This document shows, in pieces, positions 10,414-21,810 of a stretch of 64,000 nucleotides of DNA. This DNA is from Macrostomum lignano. Its lineage: Eukaryota. The stretch spans positions 186,001 through 250,000 of the forward strand of contig NIVC01000025.1 of assembly GCA_002269645.1 (NCBI GenBank), given 5' to 3'. Below the pieces are notes generated by a model. The model saw only the letters and a list, made by a program, of their open reading frames with translations. It was not told where the DNA came from and searched no databases. Numbering within the stretch: position 1 is the first letter of the stretch; the number at the start of each line of letters is the position of its first letter. Both the position numbers and the translations under genes were made by a program.

Positions 10414-11505
10414 ATGGAAGATACGATTGACATAATGGCGGAAGACGATATTTTAGACAAAATTTTAGCTGACATTGAGGTAGGAAGTGTTGAGGAAATT
10501 GAAGGAAGTGCGAGTGCGAAGTCACCAGGAGACAACGCCGTGATGGCAGCGGGACCGGCAAAGACGTCAGGTGACAACGCCGTGATGGCAGCAACAATGA
10601 AGTCGCCAGGAGACGACACCGTGATGGCAGCAGCAGCGACGGTGAGGTCCGACAGCAATGCCGTGATGGTAGAAGATGAAGAGGACCGTCCGAACAAGCG
10701 GCTGAAGTCGGTAGTCATTAAGAGAACATCAACTGAGGCAGAAGGTGCGCAGTCGGCGAAGCGGCCTGCTCTAGGGAACCAGTCATTAGTTCCACATGAT
10801 CCAAGGGTCCGAGCGCAGCTGTTAAGCGACCAAGCTAACAGGCCAGTGCCTGTCATTCCGGCCATTATGAAGCGGCAACCACAGGGCGCCAAGAGCGCTA
10901 TATGTCTCGCCAGTCAGTACCGGCCGATTCAGCCGAAGCCACCGACAGTAGCCGGCGGGCGAGGACGGGCGACAGTAGCAGCATCGGCGACAGCCGGCCG
11001 TCGAGGGCCAGCAGCAGCAGCAATCGGCGGGCAGCCTGCGCCAAGGTTGACGACAGCGCCAGCGCCAGCGCCGACCACGATCCCGAAGCGGTCACAGGAT
11101 GCGGCAGCTTGCGGACCAGCCAGTGCCGCAGACCTCAGTCTAGGATCTGACTTCCCGGCCGTGCTCGACCGAATCCCGAGAGCTCAACATGATCAGTTGA
11201 AACGTTTTATTAAAATGCTTAAGGGACATTTGATGCGCATGGCGTATCTACGCACCGATCGGCCAACTCCATGTCGGTGCACACAGGCCAAACCAGTGTT
11301 GTGCCTGCTGGTGCAGCAGTTCGATCTGGAATCAAGAATCGCAGCCTGGCGCCGAGCCGTGCAATACGCGCTGCACGATCTGACGCAAGCTGGGCAAACA
11401 TTTCATCGACTATTGCTGCAAATCGAGATCCGCTGGATGGCGGACCAGCTCGGCTGGCCGTACCACGACCAACTGCCTGAGGAGTTCGAACTGGAACGCA
11501 ATTAA
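10414..11505 (+). CDS. Accessory ORF3 of the retrotransposon, 363 aa, unknown function (not env-like)
   Basis: Intact ATG-TAA ORF between pol and the 3' LTR. Acidic N-terminus, four 13-aa repeats, basic NLS-like patches, predicted helical C-terminal ~120 aa. No signal peptide or TM segment. Confidence 0.8.
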   Translation: MEDTIDIMAEDDILDKILADIEVGSVEEIEGSASAKSPGDNAVMAAGPAKTSGDNAVMAATMKSPGDDTVMAAAATVRSDSNAVMVEDEEDRPNKRLKSVVIKRTSTEAEGAQSAKRPALGNQSLVPHDPRVRAQLLSDQANRPVPVIPAIMKRQPQGAKSAICLASQYRPIQPKPPTVAGGRGRATVAASATAGRRGPAAAAIGGQPAPRLTTAPAPAPTTIPKRSQDAAACGPASAADLSLGSDFPAVLDRIPRAQHDQLKRFIKMLKGHLMRMAYLRTDRPTPCRCTQAKPVLCLLVQQFDLESRIAAWRRAVQYALHDLTQAGQTFHRLLLQIEIRWMADQLGWPYHDQLPEEFELERN

Positions 11506-11911
11506 GTACATCTTGTCTATTTGAACTAACTTTTGCATTTGAATTACTTTTATTACTAGGACAATACTTTTTCTCTTTTAAACCTTGCTTATTCTGTGTG
11601 AATTCCATGCCATCGCTACTTTGAATTTGCTTATTCTGTGTATAACAATGCTATTTTTCTTTGTGAACTTGCGTGAATTTTCTGTACTCATTCTTTGTGA
11701 AGTAGCTTTTATCTTCTGCATGCACAATTTTTATTTCTGGTGAACAATTTTTTGATGATTTAGTGCTTTTCAAATGTATATATATATCTTTTTGCGCAAT
11801 TACATTTATCAGTTCGTGCCATTACTACATTGCTCAGTTTTTGATGAATATGTATTGTTGTATTATTTTGTTCACTTAAAAATTCGCAAAATAATATTCA
11901 GGGAAGCCAAC

Positions 11912-12789
11912 TGTAGAAGGGCTTATGTTTATTCCTAGAAAATTAGTTTGTTTCCGCAAAATTAAATTCCCGCCAAAATAATAAGTACCGTATGATTTGT
12001 TTTAATTCGTAAATTTGTTTTACTGAATAATATTTTGTTTTAATGATGCGAATAATTTGTTTTAGCTATTCATTTGTTTTAATGTTAGATACGTAAGCCA
12101 ATGAAACAAGACTCTAACTAGTATAAATACAAGGCCAAAATAAAACGAAACCTCAACCTTTTGGGTTCCTAATCAGTTAACAGGAAATTAAGATTTCTTG
12201 GTTCTTCTGAATTAGTCCTTTGAAGCAGTATTGCAAACTAAGTTACCGTGTTGGATAGCAGAAAGTGTTTTGCCAGTACAGTGACAAGCAGGGATTGCTG
12301 ATCAAAGAGGGTGGAATACCCAGTAAAGAGGGTGGAATACCCAGTGTAAAGAGGGTGGAATACCCAGTACAAGGGTGGAATACCCAGTGTAGAAAGGTTG
12401 GATTACCCAGGAAGGGAGAATTTTCAGGTTGCTCAGATAAGCGTGATGCAGTTCTAAGTCGTAAGAGACAGTACTAAAAGAAGCCGGAAACCCCTCGGTC
12501 TGTGGTAAACGCCGTGTTTGGACTGGATAATTTTAGGAATTTAGCAGTAGTCAGCAGTGTCTTGCCGCTCGGGCACTGAAGCTACCAAGGGTAATTCGTA
12601 GCGACGATAGCCTATAACGTAAAAGTACATGTAAGTATAGAAATAGGATTCTTAGAAATAGCAAACTTAGCAGATTTAGTACAGTTCAGTGATTAAACTT
12701 TAGAATTAAAATAGAGAGAGCCAGAAGGCCTGCAACAACTTGGTGACAAGTCGGTGGGATATTATAAACTAGCGAAGGGGCCTACAACA
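11912..12789 (+). repeat. 3' LTR (878 bp)
   Basis: Copy of 23-900, preceded by a short purine-rich GGGAAG (weak PPT) and followed by the TTAG TSD. Confidence 0.97.
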
Positions 12790-15700
12790 TTAGCAATAGT
12801 CAGTTTGGGGTGGTTAAAATAGAACAGTAATTTGTTATCTATTGCATTGAGTTTGCATGTATACTCTAAATTCAAAAAAGCCAAAATGTAGCTCCACATT
12901 TACATAATCTATATACATATGCTTTGCCCAGTGTAAGGCACACCTGCTTATAGTTTACTATAGTCATAGATGTAAAACAAATATTAAACCAAGGTAACAA
13001 AAGTTATAACCTAATTTAGGTTTGAAAGTTGACAATTTAAACAAAATATTTTTTAAATAGGCCTAAGCCAAAGATAAGATAGGCGTAGAAACTAGTAAAT
13101 AAAAACGTTATAGGGCCTACATCTAGGCCTAGGCCTATGGCTAGAGTGTACTGTCACAATTTCAATTCCAACCACTGTCACAGTCACTGCAAGGCTAGGC
13201 CCTAGTCTACAACATACTTAATTAAAGTACTATAAATTTTGAAGTCCTGAGATAATTATTAATACAAAAATAAATAATAAAGCCGGTCAAGTGCGATAAA
13301 AGCAGTTCTTTTTAAAGCGCAATGTGACACGCAAGCTAAGATTTCTTGGCCTACGCTGACAGGTTTTAAATTCAGGCATCTGAAAAATAACAGTATTACA
13401 CTTCATGATACGTTTAAAACAGATTCTTCAACATACAAGCCAGAAATTCAAAAAAGTAAGTTGGCGTATTCGCACATGAAAATAATATTCAAGATATTTT
13501 GTTTTACAGACATACATTGAAGTTGTTATAACAGTCCGGCTATCAGGTCTAGTAAAAATTTTGAAACATTTTAAAGTTTAAATTCGCTGAAATCAACCTA
13601 AAGTAATAAAGAGAAGTAGGACCTTAAGTTGCACAGAATCTTAAATGAATGAATTTACCAGTTACAAATCTTATTTTATTGAAACTTTTACGGGATAGCG
13701 GAACGTTCGTATCATTTACTTTCTAAGAAATAAGTTGTTTTGGATTTGACGACAGACTACATGACATCATCAGGCATTTCATTTCCAAGGACTTAAGTCG
13801 TCCTTGTTCATTTCATGTACGTTCCTTTCCGCCGTTCACAGACCAATAGTCTCTGACATACTGAGACAGCATGTTTGATTAGAGAAATGGCAACTGTGAA
13901 TCACCTTTTTCTGTATCCTTCTTATTACTTATTATCCTAAGAGAGCACGAACTTTAAAAACTAGGTGCCGATCCAGAAAATTTTGAACGAGAGGGGGTGC
14001 AGATTATGAACATGATAATGTGTATTTTCCATATTAAAAAATCGAACTCAATGGAGGGCGCCCTGTGCGCCCCCCCCCCCCTAAATCCGCTACTGTCCAA
14101 AACTCAAGTCTTTTAGGCCTAAGGCCTGTAGTATTATAGTATATTAATAAGCCTACATGCCTACTGTTTCCTGTTCCTAGTAATTGGTAACTGGTCATTT
14201 CACCCCAAAAAACCATTTTGACCATGGTTGTTTGTTTTGCCCTCAGACTGTTTAATCCACTGACCATTTTGCCTCTAGGCTAATTTAGTCATAGACAAGG
14301 CCTAGTTTAGTGACTTAGCCAAGCTAGCCAAGGTTGCAACAATACAAAGCTTTGATTTAATTTTTTGTTACAAATTGTATCCCTTTTTGCTTTTTATTAT
14401 ATTTGGTTTTAACTTGCTTGTTTTACTTTGTAGTTGTAGCTTAGGCCTATTGCTTTTAGCTTTAATGTTACTTATGTGTGATATAGACCTAGGCCAATGT
14501 CAATAATATTCTTTAGGCCTAGGCTATGCCTAGTATATAGCCTAAGTGGCTAGGCCCTATAGCCCATAGGCTAGGCTAGGCATAGGTACAAAGAATACAA
14601 TCCACTTTAGTAATAGCCACTTTGGTAATTGCCATTTCAGTAAGTTAACAAAAAATGACCACTTTGATAACAAAGCAGATTTATGACTATCAATACTAGG
14701 CCTAGGCCCTACAATTGGTTTAATGATTACCATCTCAAATATTGTATTTTCATGTATGATAGTATAGTTTGATTTTCTAGTTAAACTATATTATAATTTC
14801 TTTAAACTTGTGTAATTATTTTATGATAAATTTGTAGGCAGATAAAATTAAGCTTTTCAAAGATATTTAAATTAAGTAATAAAAAAAAGTAGTAGATTTG
14901 ATAATTTTAACTTGATATTTACTAATAGTAGGCCCTAATACCAATATTCTTATGTAAATAATATTTGGTCAATTATATAATGTCTTAGTGCATGCATCTA
15001 ACTCATCTAGAAATTATAATAGATCAGTTAAAATACTTTTTAATAAACAAGTTAAACACATGCACATATGCATACGTTTTTTCATTTTTTTTAAAGTTTA
15101 TTTGCATATTCTTTTGGATTATATCAATTAAAATATATATATTATTCTTACTTGTTACCAAAATGGCTGTTACTAAAGTGGCTATTACCAAAGTAGACTG
15201 TTCCCTCTCTTCCCTAACTTCTCTAACTTCATTTACTTCCCTCTCTTCTCTCCTCTGCCTCTCTCTCATCTCTTCTCCTTTCCCATTTTTCTTTGCTCTT
15301 TTCTCTTTTTTATATTTTCTCTTATCCGATCTAACATAAAATAGAACACAATTGCCATAAGGCTCCATCATGTTAGTATAAAATTTAATATTCTGTTTGT
15401 ACACAAGATTTTAAGTTGCATTATATAAAAAAATTGTTGGCTTTTTGTATTTATTTTTTATTTATTTTATTAAACTATTTTCTTTAAAAAATAAAATGCA
15501 ATTCAGTACCCTAGGTGTGCACATTTAACAAAAATAAAAATAGCTGTATTATTAAATAGATTCTGTTTTTGGTTTGGATGTCTTTGTTGTTTGGCAAATT
15601 AAACCTAAGATCTCTAAAACTAAAATAAGCTTTATTTTACCAAGTAAACGAATTTACTTGTCTGTTCGTTTATATCTATTGCTGCCTTTTCTTCAAGTGC

Positions 15701-16066
15701 ACATACATGACATTCACATAGATAGAACAAATACCTCAAATAAAATAATTGCATTTTGGTCTATCAAAATATTCTGCTAAAATGAGTGCTTGTAGCATTA
15801 AAATATGCGCTGACAAAACGATTATCAAAATAATGGAAAAAGTAGAAATTTAGTCATGTACATGTTGAATTCTTGGCTTTGTCTGCCCCCCACCATTAAA
15901 TCCATGGCAATGCCCCTGCTTGAAATAAAACTTGTTTACTGTCAGTAATTAGTGATAAAATGATAAACATTTTGCAGATTTCATCAACAGTAAGCTCCGA
16001 GGCATTCCAGCGCCAATTCCAGCTGAGTCAATTGGCCAAGGATTTGTTGCTAAGTGCACAATCGGC

Positions 16067-16673
16067 ATGTCGTCAGTATTCCTCGAAAAAATCCCTCTAC
16101 CAGACTTCTCAACTTATGTATTGAGCAGCCTTACACTGTTAGGCGCGGCTGTTTATCACGTGCAGCGGCGCTATTTAGATTTGGCACTGCAGGCCCGCTT
16201 GCTAGTTGGTATGCTGCTACTGCTGGTTAGCGCTGACAGCAGCCAAAGGCTGCGCAGTCAGGTAGTTGAGCACCAACATCGGGAGCTGGTCTGTCCGGCT
16301 GTTGGCGCCAAGTTCGGCGTCTGTCCAGCGGCATCAAACGCCAATCTCACCTATCGCCTGTTGGTTAATGCCACGTCCGAGTCGCTATTTGACGAAGTTG
16401 TCACCGCATTAAATGAAGAGCCTTGGTGCTTTTGGACTGTGATTAATACGATCTACTGTCTGCTAGTGCTGCTGGGCAAGACTATACAAAATACAGTTTT
16501 TGGCGAGCTGCGCGTCATGGAGCAGGACCATATTAGGGACAAATTTTGGAACTTCGTGTTCTACAAGTTTATCTTTATATTCGGCATACTTAATGTGCAA
16601 TCGCTGTACCAGGTAAGCCCTGTTCTGTCTGTCTGGGTCTGTCTGTCTGTCTGGGTCTGTCTGTCTGTCTGAC

Positions 16674-16740
<67 letters not shown>

Positions 16741-16767
16741 CTGTCTGTCTCTCTGTCCATCTGTCTA

Positions 16768-16838
<71 letters not shown>

Positions 16839-16841
16839 GAC

Positions 16842-16904
<63 letters not shown>

Positions 16905-16931
16905 CTGTCTGTCTCTCTGTCCATCTGTCTA

Positions 16932-16976
<45 letters not shown>

Positions 16977-19900
16977 CTGTCTTTCCGTCTGTCTGTCTGT
17001 CTACCTTTCTGTCTGCGCTTGTCTGTCTTTCTGTCTGTCTCTGTACTCATTGGATACATCAGTGCATAATTTTTATAATAAAACCATTAGCAGCTTAAAC
17101 TAAACAGATCTATAGCGGTTAATTTTAGGTATATTAAATGCATATGAAAAGCATAGCATATGCAGCTGTTAATTGCTATATAGATAAACTCCATTCTGCC
17201 ATTATAACTAGTGCAGTGCAGCCCTAGCTAGACTAGTTATGCAAAACTCTTGCATTATTGTATAATCTACGTTAACGTGTTTGAACTTCTCACGGCTTCG
17301 TGATAAGTCAGTCGTGATAAACATTTTAGCTCAATATTATGTTGCTATATTAATATTGCATTATGGCTGGCTTGAAAAGCGATTTAATCTGTCAGCAGGA
17401 GGACCGCTGCAAGGTCATCTTAGTGAAATTTGCTTTGCAAGTCTACAATTTATAGTTATTGGAATAAACAGTGTGCCATACGATGACGTAATGACATGTT
17501 TTTACTTATGGGCTAGATATTTTTGTATAAACAATAGTGCAAAATCAAGGACCAGTGTACTTATTTCTTAGATAGATTACCTGGATAAGTATGAGATGAA
17601 GGGAGTTAGATTCCCTACAAAGTATGAGTTAAAGGTAGGTAGACTCCCTGCAAAAGTATGAGATGAAGGGAGGTAGATTCCCTGCAAAAGTACACAATGA
17701 AGGGAGTAGATTCCCTGCAAAAGTACACAATGAAGGGAGTTAGATTCCCTGAATAAGTATGAGATGAAGGGAGTTAGATTCCCTGAATAAGTATGAGATG
17801 AAGGGAGTTAGATTTCCTACAAAAGTATGAGTTGAAGTTAGGTAGATTCCCTGAAAAAATGAGATGAAGAGAGGTAGACTCTCTGCAAAAGTATGAGATG
17901 AAGGGAGATAGGTTCCTGCAAAAGCATGAGATGAAGGGTTAGATTCCATGAAAGTATGAAATGAAGGGAGGGATATTGTGTGTGAGAAAAGAAGTGTGTT
18001 TGAACAATAAATGTCATATAAATTATAGATGAGTTAGCTCATCAGCCCTAATATATTTCGCTATCTAAACAAACAGGTGCTGCTGTGGTCAGGCTGGTAC
18101 AGCATCCTTGGCTTCTTGCACCTGCTGACCCACCTGACCAAGGACCGGCTGGACTATTTAATGAACGCGGCAGTCAGCAAGCCGCCGTTGAAAATCCGTA
18201 TTAAAATGCTGACTCTGCTAGCCTGCGTGCTATCCGTATGCGCCTGTCTGTCCGGCCTCTCCGTGTACATCGGCCTGCACACGTCCGCTCACTTTATGCT
18301 TTTCATGCTGGCCGAACTGGCTATGCTGGCCGCATCCACCGGCCACGTCTGTGTCCGGTTTCTGCACCACCTGACTAGACAGGACTCGGCCTCTAATGCG
18401 CCTTCTTCATCGCCTCTCCGGTCCAGCTTCTCTTATCACATTGATCTGGGGTTCGATTGTGCCGCTATGCTGTTGGACGGCTGTCACAATTTGCATATGC
18501 TGCTATGGAGCAATTTCACTCTGTCCATTGCTAATCTGGTCATCTTTATGCAGCTCAGGTATCTTTATTATCAGCTGTGCGACCGTTGGTATAGGCATTT
18601 GAGGTGAGGCTTGCTTTTGCGCTTTGTGCGCTTTTCAAGGTTAATGGCTCCTTGTTCAGATCCTCAGTTGCTGGGCCAGCCTCCCAGATCCTCAGTTGCT
18701 CAGCCAGCCTCCCAGATCCTCAGTTGCTGAGCCAGCCTCCCAGATCCTCAGTTGCTGAGCCAGCCTCCCAGATCCTCAGTTGCTGGGTCAGCCTCCCAGA
18801 TCCTCAGTTGCTAGGCCAGCCTCCCAGATCCTCAGTTGCTGAGCCAGCCTCCCAGATCCTCAGTTGCTGGGTCAGCCTCCCAGATCCTCAGTTGCTAGGC
18901 CAGCCTCCCAGATCCTCAGTTGCTGAGCCAGCCTCCCAGATCCTCAGTTGCTGAGCCAGCCTCCCAGATCCTCAGTTGCTGGGCCAGCCTCCCAGATCCT
19001 CAGTTGCTGGGCCATTAGCCTCCCAGATCCTCAGTTGCTGGGTCCGCCTCCTCAGTTCGTCAGTTGCTGGGCCAGCCTCCCAGATCTTCAGTTGCTGGGC
19101 CAGCCTCCCAGATCCTCAGTTGCTGGGTCAGCCTTCTCAGTTCGTCAGTTGCTGGGCCAGCCTCCCAGATCCTCAGTTGCTGGGTCCGCCTCCTCAGTTC
19201 GTCAGTTGCTGGGCCAGCCTCCCAGATCCCCAGTTGCTGGGCCAGCCTCCCAGATCCTAATTTGCTGGGCCAGTCTTCCAGATCCTCAGTTACTGGGCCA
19301 GCCTCTCAGATCCTCAGTTGCTGGGCCAGTCTTCCAGATCCTCAGTTGCTGGGCCAGCCTCCCAGATCCTCAGTTGCTGGGCCAGTCTTCCAGATCCTCA
19401 GTTGCTGGGCCAGCCTCCCAGATCCTCAGTTGCTGGGCTATCCTCCTCAGTTCGTCAGTTGCTGGGCCAATACCATTCCAGATCCCAAATTTATTTTGAA
19501 TCGCTCTGGAAATAAAAGTCCTTTTGATGGGTTATTTTCGTCGGGTTGTCTCTGTCTTCTATTCAGCTCTTTATGTCGGTCTTGATCCTTCGAAGTGGGG
19601 AATTCAGAGTTCTTTTTTATCATGTTTTTATTATATCGAAGTTGCGCAGTCGAACTGCAAAACTGCAAAATATCTTTGACCAATACTAGCGTAAGGACAA
19701 TAAAGGTCAAGGTGAACTCCCTTTTCCCCTTCACTTCCAGGTACCGCCTAGTCCACCGCCTCATTAGCAGCGTGTGCAGCCCCTACACGGTCACTGACAG
19801 CTCGTCACAGCAGGAGCCGGAGCTTTGCCCGATCTGCTGGGACCCCCTGGCCGCTGGCAGCAGCCGCCTGCCCTGCCGGCACGCATTCCACTCCGATTGT

Positions 19901-20545
19901 CTGGGCCTCTGGCTCGAGCAGGAGCTGGCCTGTCCAACCTGTCGACGCCCAGTGTCGACGCCGGAGATGGCTAGCGGCGCCGCCGCCACCGCTGCCTCCG
20001 CAACGAGCTCCGCTGAGACGTCAAACGGAGCCACAGCCGGCAGTAGCATTTCCAACGGCGCAGCGGCTTCATCGGCTTCGACGGCAGCGCAAGCAGCGTC
20101 AGCGGTTGTCGCTTCCAGCTCCTTGTCGACTGCCACAGCGACAGCGGCATCGGCAGCGACAGTCTCATCGGCGTCGATGACGTCATCAAGCTCGGCGACG
20201 TCCCAGCGGCGACATCGCGACAAATCGATGGAGGCCCGACTGCGCGAACAGGCTGACGCTGTCAGGCAGATTTTCCCGCACGTGTCCAGCCTGGCCATTG
20301 TTGAGGATCTGCGCATCAGCGGCAGTCCGGACGCCACCATTGCCAACATTCTGGAGGGCCGAGTTGTCGGCTCGGCCGGGCCGCATGTGCCGCACGGTCC
20401 GCAGGATTTCTTCTCGGACGATTTCGGCAGCAACAGCGGCGACCAGTACGACGGCGGGCTGTCCGGGCTGGAGCAGCGGCGGCGCATGCTGGCCAGAGCG
20501 GCCAGGCGGGAGTACTTTAACTCGGCCGCTTCTTCGGCGAGATGA
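16067..20545 (+). CDS. AMFR: E3 ubiquitin ligase AMFR/gp78 orthologue (multi-TM, RING-H2, CUE, G2BR), 625 aa
   Basis: join(16067..16612,18077..18603,19741..20545), GT-AG introns in phases 0 and 2. N-terminal [35 protein letters not shown]...[33 protein letters not shown]...NILEGRV, G2BR-like LEQRRRML...ARREYFN. Confidence 0.92.
16624..17042. repeat. (TCTG)n microsatellite, AMFR intron 1
   Basis: Direct reading. Confidence 0.95.
17575..17970. repeat. ~30-bp minisatellite (AAGTATGAGATGAAGGGAGTTAGATTCCCTG), AMFR intron 1
   Basis: About 12 degenerate tandem units. Confidence 0.9.
18657..19470. repeat. 28-bp minisatellite (CCTCCCAGATCCTCAGTTGCTGGGCCAG), AMFR intron 2
   Basis: Tandem array. The same unit recurs at 32790-32817 and 61280-62075. 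Confidence 0.95.
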
Positions 20546-20682
20546 ATTTGAGTCGCTATGGACTGTGGTATTCATTATTGCTGTATGTCAAACCATCAGT
20601 ACCTCTGGTTATGAGGAGTCTCAAATCAATATTGTGGGGATATGTACTTTTGTATTCTCCAAATTTACCATGTGGTAATCTG

Positions 20683-20972
20683 TAGTGTGAGATATCCCAG
20701 TTTGGGGATCTGTAGTGTGAGATATCACATTTATTCCCATTTTGGGGATCTGCAATGTAAAATGTCCCAGTTTGGGGATCTTCAGAGTAAAATATTCCAG
20801 TTTGGGGATCTTCAGAGTGAAATATTCCAGTTTGGGGATCTTCAGAGTAAAATATTCCAGTTTGGGGATCTTCAGAGTGAAATATTCCAGTTTGGGGATC
20901 TGTAGTGTGGAATAAGTGTGAAATATCCCAGTTTAGGGATCTGCAGTGTGGAATAAGTGTGAAATATCCCAA
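20683..20972. repeat. ~30-bp minisatellite downstream of the AMFR stop
   Basis: CCAGTTTGGGGATCTTCAGAGTAAAATATT units. Confidence 0.9.
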
Positions 20973-21543
20973 ATCAACAACGTTAGAATCTGCATTACGC
21001 AATCCCCAAGTGCACTTTAACTTATTTTGGCATTAGTACGTGTAATTATTCATTGACCCCATAACACACGATATTGCAAAAAAATTCCTAATCTTGTTCA
21101 ATTCATTCTGTTTTGCTGTGCTGGCAGTAACACAAGAGTAAAAATAATGCTTCAAATGTTTTTTGTTCATTTATTTCTTTATTTATACGTTTACTAAACG
21201 TTGTAACCGTAACTATGCATAGTTTACGTTGCAAGCTTTTAGCAATACATTTTGTATCAAATCTATTTTTTATGCATTGAATATCACCAAAATCTCAGAC
21301 TTTAACTCTAAATAGTAGGTACTTAAATTTTCCGCTGTCTTGCGGGACTTTAGAGTTGCTTTTGTTATTCCAATGATTCTTTATGGATATTTTCAGCCTT
21401 AAAGCTTTGGGCGTTGATGCATTCTGGGGTAAATGATATGCAAAGTTATTTTGTCTTTTGATTTTAGCTTTGTTTTTCGGCGGATTAGTTTGTTTTATTA
21501 AACTCACCCTTTGACGATTGCCGCGATAGAACTCTTAGGTAAT

Positions 21544-21810
21544 GATTATTCTGATTATCGAGCGGCAGCCGCAATAAACTCATTGGCTGTGTGATGATTA
21601 TTCTGATTATCGAGCGGCAGCCGCAATAAACTCATTGGCTGTGTGATGATTATTCTGATTAGCGAGCGGCAGCCGCAATAAACTCATTGGCTGTGTGATG
21701 ATTATTCTGATTAGCGAGCGGCAGCCGCAATAAACTCATTGGCTGTGTGATGATTATTCTGATTAGCGAGCGGCAGCCGCAATAAACTCATTGGCTGTGT
21801 GATGATTATT
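21544..21810. repeat. 52-bp tandem repeat (x5)
   Basis: GATTATTCTGATTAGCGAGCGGCAGCCGCAATAAACTCATTGGCTGTGTGAT. A degenerate continuation resumes at about 29028, after the Helentron dimer. Confidence 0.92.

Larger units (their letters stand above)
23..12789 (+). mobile_element. Full-length Ty3/Gypsy LTR retrotransposon (tRNA-Leu primed) with extra 3' ORF and nested Helitron
   Basis: Direct repeats 23-900 and 11912-12789, both TG...CA. 4-bp TSD TTAG at 19-22 and 12790-12793. PBS at 904. Domain order gag-PR-RT-RH-IN. Confidence 0.97.

Noticed and set aside
10414-11505. ORF3 as env
   Set aside because: No signal peptide, TM anchor or cleavage/fusion pattern.
13966-14097. Possible MITE (GTGCCGATCCAG ... 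CTAAATCCGCTACTG)
   Set aside because: Terminal inverted similarity is too degenerate and no TSD is identifiable by eye.
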